Source: an uncultured Candidatus Saccharibacteria bacterium
GTDB lineage: Bacteria; Patescibacteriota; Minisyncoccia; Phycocordibacterales; PALSA-1337
Direction: 5' to 3'
Length of the DNA stretch: 64,000 bases
NCBI GenBank assembly: GCA_964529025.1
Contig: CAZGUZ010000002.1
Location: 6,885 to 70,884, forward strand
Positions 10,124-19,454 of this stretch are shown here, piece after piece. The position numbers and the translations under genes were made by a program. Within the stretch, counting starts at the first letter, position 1; each line of letters opens with the position of its first letter. A model generated the notes under the pieces. The model ran no database searches. It saw nothing but the letters and a program-made list of their open reading frames with translations, and was not told the origin of the DNA.

Positions 10124-13100
10124 TTATATTTCTTCGATTGTTGGATTTGATACCTGGACTTGAACTTTTTGCGCGGGAGTAGTAATTTGCTGTGCTGTAA
10201 GAGAATCGTTATAAGTACATGACATTAAATACGACGTTACACGTCTACTCTGGGTCAGGGTAACAGCTACCATCTGGGATTCAGCTGCCGTATTGCGCTC
10301 ATTTGCTTCTAGGGATATCTTTCCTCCCCAGCCAGCGGGGTCATTCTGAGTGTTACTGAGAGTACAAGATGTAAATGTTCCCCCACCCTTGCGGATACTC
10401 TTAAGGGTAAACTCTTCACCATCGCGCACTGTTATTGTCTGATTATTCGCCGCAACTCCTCGAACACTTACAGCTTGAATCTTAAAGTCTGGAGTTGTTG
10501 ATGTATCAGTGGTTGAACAATCAACACCTTGTGTACAAATTGGGTCGGGCCTATCAGTTACACGTGTTGTAGGCTTAATTGTAACCGTCTGAACAAACGG
10601 AGAATTTGTCCCTGTTGGTGTACAACTTATTGTGTACGATGTTGTTACCGATGGCTTTGCAATTGATGTTGAAATCATCGTATTGTTTGCGCCAGGATTT
10701 CGCTGGGCTGGTGTAAGACTTGTTGTACCATTCCAACCATTGCCATTTTGACTATTTGATAGCGTACAACTTGTAAACTCACCATCGAACCGGCGAATTG
10801 CTCGTAGAGTTACTGGCCCATTTGCAACACTCAATATTTGATTATTGCGAGCCAAACCGAGCTCTGCTGTTTCTGCTTGAATTTCTGTAGCTGGTGAGCC
10901 ATCTTCCATAGAACATGTGCCTGAAATAATACATGATGTTGGCGTACCTGTAACACCTGGTGCCAAAGCTTCAACCTTAACATCCTCTGTTACAAGAACA
11001 TTCGTTGCTGCATCACGACAGGTAATTTGATACTGGGTTGATCCTGTTCCCTGCAATAGACTTGTTGTAAACATTGTCTTATCTTTTCCTGGGTTTCGCT
11101 GGGTATCGGTAAGAGTTGTAACATTGTTCCAACCTGTTGTTGAACGGTTATTAGTGAGCGTACAAGCGGCAAATGATCCAAGACTTCGGCGAGTTGCTGT
11201 AAGTGTAATGCTTTGACCGTTTGATATAGTAAGTGTTTGGCCATCATAAGCAGTACCTGTAAGGCCTGAAACCTGAATATCGAGGTCTGGAGCAATAAGG
11301 ACCGTCTGCACATTCACTGTCACTGATTGCACATTGGCAACAAGAGTTGTTGCATCAATACATGTAACTGTATATTGAATTGCTGCTTGTGTTGGGGCAA
11401 CATTCTGATTCAACATTGTAGCTCCGGCACCTACGTTGCGCTCAGTGCTTGAAAGAGCTGTAAGACCATTCCATCCTGTTGCATTAACTGAGTTAGTAAG
11501 TGTACATGATGAATATGTTCCAGGATTTGTCTTTGTCAAAGCAAGATTGACTGTTGTTCCCGAGACGATTGAGAGCGAACCGTTATCTCGAGCTGTTTGA
11601 CCATTTGCAGTAGCAACAAATTCATAATCAGGAACTGTTGGATCATCAGGACAATTTACTGTTTCAATACATACAGTTACAGGGTTTGTTACTCCAGTGC
11701 TTTGCGCTGCGACAGTAACTGTTTCGGTAACACTTGCTCCAGTTGCTGCATCACGACAGGTAATTTGGTACTGGGTTGTGCCAAGACCTTGAATAATATT
11801 AGTACTGAACATGCTCTGGTTAGCACTTACATTTCGCTGGGTATCGGTAAGAGTTGTAACATTGTTCCAACCTGTTATTGAACGATTGTTTGAAAGAGTA
11901 CATGAAGAAAATGATCCTCCACCTCGGCGAACTGCTCCGATAGCAACACTTTGTCCATTGAGTATCGTAATCTTTTGTCCATCAGTAGCTGTAACTGTTT
12001 GGTATGTTGCTTGAATATCAAGATCAGGAGGCACGGTGGCAACTGGAGCAAGCTTAACTGTTACACTCTGAACATTTGCTGTATTCGTACTTGTATCACG
12101 ACAGGTAATTTGGTACTGGGTTGTGGGCTGAGTTGGCGTTATTGTTCGACTCACCATAACTGCGCCGGCAGCGATGTTTCTTTGAGTATTGTTAAGTGCT
12201 ACTGTTCCACCCCAACCACTAAGGTCAGCTGAGTTCGAAAGGTCACATGAAGCAAATGAACCTGGATTTGTTCGTGTTGCAGTAAGTGTTACCGAAGATC
12301 CCGTAGGAATAGTAATTGTCTCTGGTGACTTTGCAGTAACTGTTCCTGACACAGCACTGAGTGCGTAATTAGGAATATTTGGATCATCGGGACAGTTTAC
12401 ACCTTGGGTACATACTGATACCGGTGTTTCACCTCCAATTGACGGAGCTTGATAATCAACAAAAGCAAAGCATTGCTTTGATGCAGTATTTGTTGAGTTC
12501 GTACAACTTACTGAAAGCTGTGTATCACCATTTACTGTAATATTCGTACTGCCCTCAGCGGCACCACCTGTTGCAAAACCTGAGCCTGTACATGTACTGC
12601 CAGGATTACTGTACCAATTAACAGTAACTGTTCGTGGAATTACATTAGTTGTTGCAGGAAGAGTTTCGAGAGCACAAGCCTGAGTTGGTTGTGGACATGT
12701 TGGACATTTGACTCCGTTTGATCCATCACCATCCCACTTAATCCAACCAGTTGCCGGTGATCCCCATGAATAGCCACTAAAAGAAAGCTTAGAGTTGTCA
12801 TAGGTAACACCTTGAGTTCCTTGATACCCGGGTGATTCAAAAAACTCTGAGTCAGAAAGTTTAACCCAGCCGTTCCAGCCATCAGTTCGCCCAATACCGT
12901 TAATAAAACGAGCCCAGCCAGCTACTCGGCCAGTTCCAAAGGTAAGCTGTGGTGCACAAGAAGCAAGAGTTGTGTCGCCACAACCTGTTGTATCTGCAGA
13001 GTTAAAACTGAGCCAACCCACGGTTGGTGCCCAAGCGTAACCACTCAAAACCCCAGCATCACTTACTTTAACCCCATATGCAGCCCCACCTGCACCTGAG

Positions 13101-13270
13101 TTTGAAGAGTTGAAACTAATCCAGCCAACATTAGGCGACCAAGCCCAACCTGTGAGTGGGTAATCAGCTGCTTGAGCAGTTTGCATACCTGTTCCTATGA
13201 TTGCCACAGCAAATAAGAAAGACGCAACGATAGAAACAAAACTGCCCTGCACACTTTTTATAAATTTCAT
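10124..13270 (-). CDS. Large secreted/cell-surface repeat protein (signal peptide, N-terminal GW-rich repeats, ~8 Ig-like ~100-aa repeats)
   Basis: The N-terminus MKFIKSVQGSFVSIVASFLFAVAIIGTGMQTAQA looks like a signal peptide. Repeated GWxWSPxVGWISFNS units follow, then tandem modules with the recurring pattern SCTLSN...TGWN...TDTQRN...TQYQITC. Confidence 0.7.
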   Translation of the reverse strand: MKFIKSVQGSFVSIVASFLFAVAIIGTGMQTAQAADYPLTGWAWSPNVGWISFNSSNSGAGGAAYGVKVSDAGVLSGYAWAPTVGWLSFNSADTTGCGDTTLASCAPQLTFGTGRVAGWARFINGIGRTDGWNGWVKLSDSEFFESPGYQGTQGVTYDNSKLSFSGYSWGSPATGWIKWDGDGSNGVKCPTCPQPTQACALETLPATTNVIPRTVTVNWYSNPGSTCTGSGFATGGAAEGSTNITVNGDTQLSVSCTNSTNTASKQCFAFVDYQAPSIGGETPVSVCTQGVNCPDDPNIPNYALSAVSGTVTAKSPETITIPTGSSVTLTATRTNPGSFASCDLSNSADLSGWGGTVALNNTQRNIAAGAVMVSRTITPTQPTTQYQITCRDTSTNTANVQSVTVKLAPVATVPPDLDIQATYQTVTATDGQKITILNGQSVAIGAVRRGGGSFSSCTLSNNRSITGWNNVTTLTDTQRNVSANQSMFSTNIIQGLGTTQYQITCRDAATGASVTETVTVAAQSTGVTNPVTVCIETVNCPDDPTVPDYEFVATANGQTARDNGSLSIVSGTTVNLALTKTNPGTYSSCTLTNSVNATGWNGLTALSSTERNVGAGATMLNQNVAPTQAAIQYTVTCIDATTLVANVQSVTVNVQTVLIAPDLDIQVSGLTGTAYDGQTLTISNGQSITLTATRRSLGSFAACTLTNNRSTTGWNNVTTLTDTQRNPGKDKTMFTTSLLQGTGSTQYQITCRDAATNVLVTEDVKVEALAPGVTGTPTSCIISGTCSMEDGSPATEIQAETAELGLARNNQILSVANGPVTLRAIRRFDGEFTSCTLSNSQNGNGWNGTTSLTPAQRNPGANNTMISTSIAKPSVTTSYTISCTPTGTNSPFVQTVTIKPTTRVTDRPDPICTQGVDCSTTDTSTTPDFKIQAVSVRGVAANNQTITVRDGEEFTLKSIRKGGGTFTSCTLSNTQNDPAGWGGKISLEANERNTAAESQMVAVTLTQSRRVTSYLMSCTYNDSLTAQQITTPAQKVQVQVSNPTIEEI
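11010..12130. repeat. Near-identical intragenic DNA repeats (~735 bp period) inside the 1048-aa surface protein gene
   Basis: The string gcatcacgacaggtaatttg(g/a)tactgggttg recurs at ~11011, ~11745 and ~12095. The string gctgggtatcggtaagagttgtaacattgttccaacctgtt recurs at ~11098 and ~11838. Confidence 0.6.
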
Positions 13271-13363
13271 ACTACGTGGGGTTATAAAGATACGTGAATA
13301 ATTAAACTAATTATAGCACCCATCACTTACAAAAAACCTATACTATCCACAAGTATCAACAAA

Positions 13364-13398
13364 AAACCGCCTTTGCTGGCGGCTTTCTGTTTGTATTA
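13364..13398. terminator. Bidirectional terminator-like hairpin in an otherwise ORF-free 390-bp gap
   Basis: The sequence aaaaaaccgcctttgctggcggctttctgttt forms a ccgcc/ggcgg stem. It is flanked by an A-run and a T-rich tail. Confidence 0.4.
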
Positions 13399-13699
13399 TT
13401 TTACCTGCTCTGGCTGAGGAGCCGGAGCTGGCTTCTTTGGTTCTGCCATAGTTTTATTATTATATATAACTCCCCGTGCGCACAGGAAGATGGATATTGC
13501 TATCCATGTCCTAAGTATACCTTTCGCCCTGCGAAGTAAGTGTAATTACCACAATCATAGACATTTTGTCAAAGTTATAATCTGTTTTAAGCCTTTGTTA
13601 AGGTCTACCCTGGACGCCTGCTCCATGTGGTGTAATAAGGACATGAAATGAGGCTTATAGTCAATGTTTAATTTATCTTTTTCGATATACAATATCGCT

Positions 13700-15223
13700 A
13701 TGAATAAGAATACACACCCTCAACAAACAATGTTAATCGTTCTCGATGGCTGGGGCTATCGCGAAGTTGCACAAGATAATGCAATTATGGCTTCTACAAC
13801 TCCACATTTTGATGCTGCATGGAAAAAGTATCCTCATAGTCTGCTCGCAGCTTCTGGCCTTGCAGTTGGGCTTCCTGAAGGCCAAATGGGTAATAGCGAA
13901 ATAGGTCATTCAACAATTGGTGCTGGTACTGTTATCGATACTGACCTTGTTCGTATCGGAAAAGCAATTGATTCAGGTGAATACGAAAAGAATCCTGCTT
14001 TCACTGCCCTTTTTGATCATGTTAAAAAGAATAACTCGACACTCCATGTTCAAGGGCTTGTTTCGACCGGTGGCGTACACAGTCACCAAGATCACCTTTT
14101 TGCTTTTCTTAAAGCAGCAAAGAAAGCGGGAATCCCTCGAGTTGCAATTCACGTATTTACTGATGGTCGCGACACTGGACCACAAACTGCTGGTCACTAT
14201 ATAGCAAGCCTCGAGGCAGTGCTCCACGAAATCGGTATTGGTTTTATCGCTTCTGTTTCTGGTCGTTTCTATGCCATGGACCGCGACAATAACTGGGACC
14301 GCCTACAAAAGGTAGAACAAGCCATTTTTGAATGTAAAGGTAATGTGTGTACGCTTAGACCTTCAGAGTACGTAAATAATTTGTACAAAGAAGGAAAGCT
14401 CGATGAACATCTTGAACCAATTGTGTGTCTTGGTGATGATGGTAAAGGCTGTGCAATTGCCGATAATGATGGAGTTTTCTTCTTTAACTTTAGATCAGAC
14501 CGTGCGCGCATGCTTTCTTCAAAACTTCTTGAAAAGCAACACAAAAACAATATTTGCTTTGTAACTCTTACCGAATACAGTGCAGAATTTAAATGTCTTG
14601 TTGCTTTCCCTCCTATAAAGATCGAGACGACTCTTGCTGCCGAAATTTCAAAACAAGGATTTACTCAAGCACACATTGCCGAAACCGAAAAGTTTCCTCA
14701 TGCAACATATTTCTTGAATGGTGGTCAGGAAAAGCCCTATCCAGGTGAAAAACATATTATGCTCGATAGTCGCAAAGATGTTCCTACGCACGATTTAGCA
14801 CCTAAAATGCGAGCCGAGGGAATTGCCGACAAAGCCATTGAGGAAATAAATGCCGGTACTGATTTTATATTCATTAACTTTGCAAATCCTGATATGGTGG
14901 GCCACACAGCCAATGTCCCTGCTATTATCGAAGCAGTTGAAGAAGTTGATAAGCAACTCGGCCGTGTTCTTGAAGCTCTTAATGCTCGTGGTGGCGTAGC
15001 GTTTATTACCGCCGATCACGGTAATGCAGAACTTAACGTTGATCCTGAAACTGGCAAAAAGCACACTGCGCACACAACAAACCCAGTTCCTGCAATACTT
15101 ACATCATCAACATTACACCTTAAAGGCCATGGTGGTCTTGCAGATATTGCTCCAACAATACTCAATATCATGAATATCCCCCAGCCTTCATGCATGAAAG
15201 GCACTTCGCTTCTTAAAGCATAG
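13700..15223 (+). CDS. gpmI: 2,3-bisphosphoglycerate-independent phosphoglycerate mutase
   Basis: Contains MLIVLDGWGYRE and GNSEIGHSTIGAG, conserved iPGM motifs. The likely start is the internal Met MNKNTHPQQ rather than 13664. Confidence 0.9.
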   Translation: MNKNTHPQQTMLIVLDGWGYREVAQDNAIMASTTPHFDAAWKKYPHSLLAASGLAVGLPEGQMGNSEIGHSTIGAGTVIDTDLVRIGKAIDSGEYEKNPAFTALFDHVKKNNSTLHVQGLVSTGGVHSHQDHLFAFLKAAKKAGIPRVAIHVFTDGRDTGPQTAGHYIASLEAVLHEIGIGFIASVSGRFYAMDRDNNWDRLQKVEQAIFECKGNVCTLRPSEYVNNLYKEGKLDEHLEPIVCLGDDGKGCAIADNDGVFFFNFRSDRARMLSSKLLEKQHKNNICFVTLTEYSAEFKCLVAFPPIKIETTLAAEISKQGFTQAHIAETEKFPHATYFLNGGQEKPYPGEKHIMLDSRKDVPTHDLAPKMRAEGIADKAIEEINAGTDFIFINFANPDMVGHTANVPAIIEAVEEVDKQLGRVLEALNARGGVAFITADHGNAELNVDPETGKKHTAHTTNPVPAILTSSTLHLKGHGGLADIAPTILNIMNIPQPSCMKGTSLLKA

Positions 15224-15226
15224 CTC

Positions 15227-16498
15227 TTAGCTTCTCCAGCTTGCACCCGATGAAATAATTCGTGTTGCGAGTATCATAAGTGCTACCCAGCAAGTTCCTA
15301 AAGCAAAAGCTCCTATTACATCTGATAGCCAGTGCACATTGAGGATGACTCGTAATGATCCCGAGAATATTGCTGCTCCAATACAAGCAATTACAAAAGA
15401 GTCGCGCACATAACGATTCTTGATTTTGCGAACGTATACAACAATAAGGATTCCAAAGAAAAGTGTTGCCGCCATTGCATGTCCACTTGGAAAGCTATAA
15501 TCCGAAAGTGGTACATATGCTTCAAATGGACGCTCTCGCTCAACAAGTAACTTAAACGACGTATTGAGTAAAAGACCTCCACCCATCGACATAACAATAA
15601 AAAACATCTTCTTAAACTTAAGCCTGATGAGCTGATAACCAGCAAGAATAAGGGCTCCTGAAGCAAAAACTACAGGGCTGAGTATAAGCGTACATACGCT
15701 TGCTATATAAGTAACCATTTGCCAATAGTTATATTGCGAATTATGAAGTACCCACAAGGCTATTTGAGCATCTGCTCGAGCAAGTACCGTGTGCGAAGAA
15801 AAAGCATCTTGAATAATTACTCCAAACACCACAATTGAAATTACCGAAATAATGAGGGCTAGAGCGTGGTATGCATCAAAGATATGCTTGCGAGTATTTA
15901 CATAGCGATACCCCCAAATGAAAAGACCTGCGGCAGTAACTGTTGCAGCAATAGCAGAACCAATATAGGTTCCAATAGCTTGGTAACTTGCACCAAAAAG
16001 ATATCCTCCAAATACCATAACGAGTGACCAGAGTGTTGCTCCAATAAAATCGTATGGCCAAAATAGTTTGTGCGGCACATTAGTTACACCAGCAAAAAAT
16101 GGTATGAGTGATCGAGTAATTGGATTATAGCGAGCAAATATAATTGCTTTACCACTATGCTTTCTAATAATTGCTTCTGTTTTTGCAATATGAGCATCGG
16201 TTACAAAAAAATATCGTTTTACGAGCGAAATAAACTGCAGCCCCACTTTGCGACCAAGAATATAGCCGACAATATCGCCAACCATCGAGCATACAGTAAC
16301 GAGAGCAACAATATATGGTAACTTAAAGTATCCTGCATGAGCCAAGAAGCCGGCAAGGACCACCATTGATTGTCCTGGAACCGCTGTTCCAATCATGGGC
16401 AAGCCCTCGATAAGAGTTCCTAAAGCCAAAATTGTATAGCCCCCTTTTGCTACGATTACTTGAAGATTTTGTACTAAAGGGATAATAAGTTCATTCAT
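15227..16498 (-). CDS. Fusion membrane protein: DedA/VTT-family N-terminal domain plus C-terminal PAP2 (type 2 phosphatidic-acid/undecaprenyl-diphosphate phosphatase) domain
   Basis: The N-terminal half shows the DedA pattern (GTLIEGLPMIGTAVPGQSMVVLAGFLA...GYILGRKVG). The C-terminal half carries PAP2 motifs RERPF...PSGHA...SLRVILNVHWLSDV. The likely start is MNELIIPL, 2 nt from the photolyase stop. Confidence 0.7.
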   Translation of the reverse strand: MNELIIPLVQNLQVIVAKGGYTILALGTLIEGLPMIGTAVPGQSMVVLAGFLAHAGYFKLPYIVALVTVCSMVGDIVGYILGRKVGLQFISLVKRYFFVTDAHIAKTEAIIRKHSGKAIIFARYNPITRSLIPFFAGVTNVPHKLFWPYDFIGATLWSLVMVFGGYLFGASYQAIGTYIGSAIAATVTAAGLFIWGYRYVNTRKHIFDAYHALALIISVISIVVFGVIIQDAFSSHTVLARADAQIALWVLHNSQYNYWQMVTYIASVCTLILSPVVFASGALILAGYQLIRLKFKKMFFIVMSMGGGLLLNTSFKLLVERERPFEAYVPLSDYSFPSGHAMAATLFFGILIVVYVRKIKNRYVRDSFVIACIGAAIFSGSLRVILNVHWLSDVIGAFALGTCWVALMILATRIISSGASWRS

Positions 16499-16499
16499 A

Positions 16500-17948
16500 T
16501 TAAAATAGACTTTTCTTTGAAGAATATGCGTCAATATACGCTTGAGCATTTATTTTAGCACGAACTCCCTTTTCGCTCATATAGCGAATAAGGCCAAAAA
16601 TTTTACGATTAAACCAAGGCCTATCATGGAGACCTGCAATAGACCATAGTATACCCACGTAGCCATTAGGATCCCTGCCATCAAGTTCATAGGTATCATT
16701 GAGCTTAATTGCATATTCAATTGCTTGTTCGGGGCTTTCTGTCCACTCTAAAATCTTCTTTGCCCAATACATGCGCATATACCCTGCCATTTTGCCCCGT
16801 ATAAGCATTTCATTTTGCGCAGCATTCCACAATTCATCGTGCGTTCCTGCATCACGCAATTGTTCATACGTATAGGTATAATCACGCTTGTCTTTTATAT
16901 GATTACGCAGGGTTTCTTGTGCCCACGTTGGAGCACCGCGAAGAGAATCATAGTCAGGATTATAAAAGCAAAAATTATCAGAGAGCTCGCGGCGTACTAC
17001 AATTTCATCAAAGAAAGTCCCCCTGGAAAGTTCTTTAAGGGTTAACTTTTGAGTAAGACATTGAACTGCGTACTGGGCGCTTATTTGTCCAAAATGAAGA
17101 TACGGAGAAAGGTTCGATTGACCTTGTACACTTGGTTCATTACGTACATCTGCATATTTCTTAAAACCCTGCTCAACAAAGTTTTGCAAAACCTTGTGAG
17201 CCGCTTGTGCACCAGGAATAATCCAATCAACAGGACCAACCTCGGTCGAAACTGTACATGAAGATCGGACCTTATCCCAATCAATTGGCGAATGGATGGA
17301 GTGTTTATTATGCCCCGCCAAATGTTTGCCCTTGCTCTTATTTGAATACACGTCCGAGACTTTGGGAAATGGCACAAAAAACTCTTTCATATGTTCTGCA
17401 AGCTTTGGTCTAAAGGTGCGAGCAGCAAATTCTTGCTTTGGCGAAGCAAGCCACGTAGGAACAATATTATGTGCATCAACTTCGATACAAGGAACATTAC
17501 GAGTTGACTCTCGTGTATGCAAAAAATCTACAACTTGTTTTTTCCACTGTCGTGATATTTTAAGTGGCGAGAAATCTGTTACCAAAGCCCCGTACTTACT
17601 TTGTGCCAATGTATCAGCAATACACTCGGGCGGATTTCCTTGCAGAAGGATAAAATTAATACCGAGTTCTTGTGCTCTTTTTTCTACCTCTTCGAGGCCT
17701 TTAAGCATAAAATCATAGTGGCGCATTGTTGCACCTAAAAATGTTGGTGCGAGGGCAAAAACAATATCAAGATGCGTACCTGATTGCTCTGCAAGTTCTG
17801 CAGCATACACAAGGGCCCAGTTGTGGTCAATACGCTGATCACGGCTCATCCAGTACATAACCGGACCTTGTACTGTCTGGGGTATTGTATGTGCTGAGAG
17901 CATTCGAGCCCTTCGAGACAGACTTTGATTCATACATTTAGTATACAC
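16500..17948 (-). CDS. phr: Deoxyribodipyrimidine photolyase, class II type
   Basis: The N-terminal motif VMYWMSRDQRIDHNWAL is characteristic of class II CPD photolyases. Length is ~480 aa with a C-terminal FAD-binding helical domain pattern. Confidence 0.8.
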   Translation of the reverse strand: MYTKCMNQSLSRRARMLSAHTIPQTVQGPVMYWMSRDQRIDHNWALVYAAELAEQSGTHLDIVFALAPTFLGATMRHYDFMLKGLEEVEKRAQELGINFILLQGNPPECIADTLAQSKYGALVTDFSPLKISRQWKKQVVDFLHTRESTRNVPCIEVDAHNIVPTWLASPKQEFAARTFRPKLAEHMKEFFVPFPKVSDVYSNKSKGKHLAGHNKHSIHSPIDWDKVRSSCTVSTEVGPVDWIIPGAQAAHKVLQNFVEQGFKKYADVRNEPSVQGQSNLSPYLHFGQISAQYAVQCLTQKLTLKELSRGTFFDEIVVRRELSDNFCFYNPDYDSLRGAPTWAQETLRNHIKDKRDYTYTYEQLRDAGTHDELWNAAQNEMLIRGKMAGYMRMYWAKKILEWTESPEQAIEYAIKLNDTYELDGRDPNGYVGILWSIAGLHDRPWFNRKIFGLIRYMSEKGVRAKINAQAYIDAYSSKKSLF

Positions 17949-18042
17949 TAAAGTTATACACAGAGTTATGAAATAGTTCTCAATTTTTTATTACTTTTAC
18001 TATCGACGATTAGGCTCGTTTTTACTATGATTATTCTATACT

Positions 18043-18717
18043 ATGAAAGTCCTGATTATCGACGACGATGTTGAATTACTCGAATTCTTGCATGCAGCAT
18101 TTATTCACGAAGGATGGCAATGTGATACTGCTTTTGATGGCCAAAAAGGATCATTTATGGCTCGGTCTAATGCATATGATTGTATTCTTCTAGACTACAA
18201 TATTCCCAAACGTAAAGGCGATGCTGTATGCAGTGAAATCAGAGATACCGGCAAGTACACACCAATAATGGTAATTAGTTCAATTGATGAAACGCCAACG
18301 AAAGTTCAACTACTCAATTTAGGCGCTGACGATTATGTTACAAAGCCGCTCGACTATAGCGAAATTGTTGCCCGAGTTAAAGCCTTAATTCGTAGACCAC
18401 CAACGCTTGAACAAGATATGGTTCATATAGGTGAACTCGCTATTGATATGAATCGCCAAACAGTAACGTATAACAAAAAGGGCGTATACCTTACTAAAAA
18501 GGAATACGGCCTTCTTGAATATTTAGTACGCAATCGAGGCACAATTGTCTCGCGCGGTATGATTATGGACCATGTATGGAATTCCGAGAGCGATCCATTT
18601 TCCAACACCATTGAAGCCCATGTACGCAACGTCCGTAAAAAACTTACTGAAGCCGGAGCTCTAAATATTATTAAAAATATTCCAGGCCGAGGCTATTCAA
18701 TTGGCTATGAAATATAA
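18043..18717 (+). CDS. OmpR/PhoB-family response regulator (receiver plus winged-helix), no cognate kinase nearby
   Basis: MKVLIIDDD, a DYNIP-type acidic pocket and a conserved K are followed by a C-terminal winged-helix (LTKKEYGLLEYLVRNRGTIVSR). Confidence 0.85.
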   Translation: MKVLIIDDDVELLEFLHAAFIHEGWQCDTAFDGQKGSFMARSNAYDCILLDYNIPKRKGDAVCSEIRDTGKYTPIMVISSIDETPTKVQLLNLGADDYVTKPLDYSEIVARVKALIRRPPTLEQDMVHIGELAIDMNRQTVTYNKKGVYLTKKEYGLLEYLVRNRGTIVSRGMIMDHVWNSESDPFSNTIEAHVRNVRKKLTEAGALNIIKNIPGRGYSIGYEI

Positions 18718-18728
18718 TTACCGTGTTT

Positions 18729-19442
18729 TTACTTTGCCACAACAGTAACTTTCTTCATTGCTGGAGGTGTCTGTGGTCTATCTTCATAGTCTGTTTGCAA
18801 AGCAGCAATTGCATCTACAACTTCGATACCCTTAATGACACGGCCGAATATTGTGTATTTATGATCAAGCGGATAGTCTGCATGCATAATAAAGAACTGG
18901 CTTCCATTAGTATTTGAACCAGCATTTGCCATTGCTACTGTGCCCCGCTTATATCCATTTTTGTATGATTCTGTAGTTGGTGAAAGCTCATCAGCAAAAC
19001 GGTATTCTGGACCACCGCGGCCTGTTCCTGTTGGATCACCGCCTTGAATCATGAAGCCAGGAATTACTCGATGGAAAATTACATTGTCATAAAAACCTGC
19101 TTTAGCAAGAGCGACAAAATTTGCTGTTGCTAGTGGAGCATCATTGTCATATGTCTCAATCACAATTGTTCCGAGCGTTGTTTCGATCGTAACAGTATGT
19201 GTACCATTTGGTAAAAGTTTTTCTGGGCGAACTGGTGCTGTTGGTTTCATAGTACTTTTAATTGGTTGTTGATTCTGAGTACTTGTACTCGTTGTAGCAA
19301 CAACATTATTATCTTTAATTATTACAGGAATAGCATTTGTATTGTCTACAGGCTGCACTCCTCGTTGTGACCTAGAATACATGTAGAGGCCGCCAAGTGC
19401 AAGAATACATACAAGGGCAATGATATGTGTACGTGTAAGCAT
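18729..19442 (-). CDS. ppiB: Cyclophilin-type peptidyl-prolyl cis-trans isomerase, membrane-anchored/secreted
   Basis: Contains the HRVIPGFMIQGGDPTGTGRGGP cyclophilin core motif and an N-terminal hydrophobic anchor. Confidence 0.85.
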   Translation of the reverse strand: MLTRTHIIALVCILALGGLYMYSRSQRGVQPVDNTNAIPVIIKDNNVVATTSTSTQNQQPIKSTMKPTAPVRPEKLLPNGTHTVTIETTLGTIVIETYDNDAPLATANFVALAKAGFYDNVIFHRVIPGFMIQGGDPTGTGRGGPEYRFADELSPTTESYKNGYKRGTVAMANAGSNTNGSQFFIMHADYPLDHKYTIFGRVIKGIEVVDAIAALQTDYEDRPQTPPAMKKVTVVAK

Positions 19443-19454
19443 ACGAGTATTTTA

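Noticed and set aside
17934-18042. Possible LexA box upstream of the photolyase gene (tgaaatagttc)
   Set aside because: The spacing is GAA-N4-TTC rather than GAAC-N4-GTTC, which does not match the Cheo-type consensus seen upstream of lexA.
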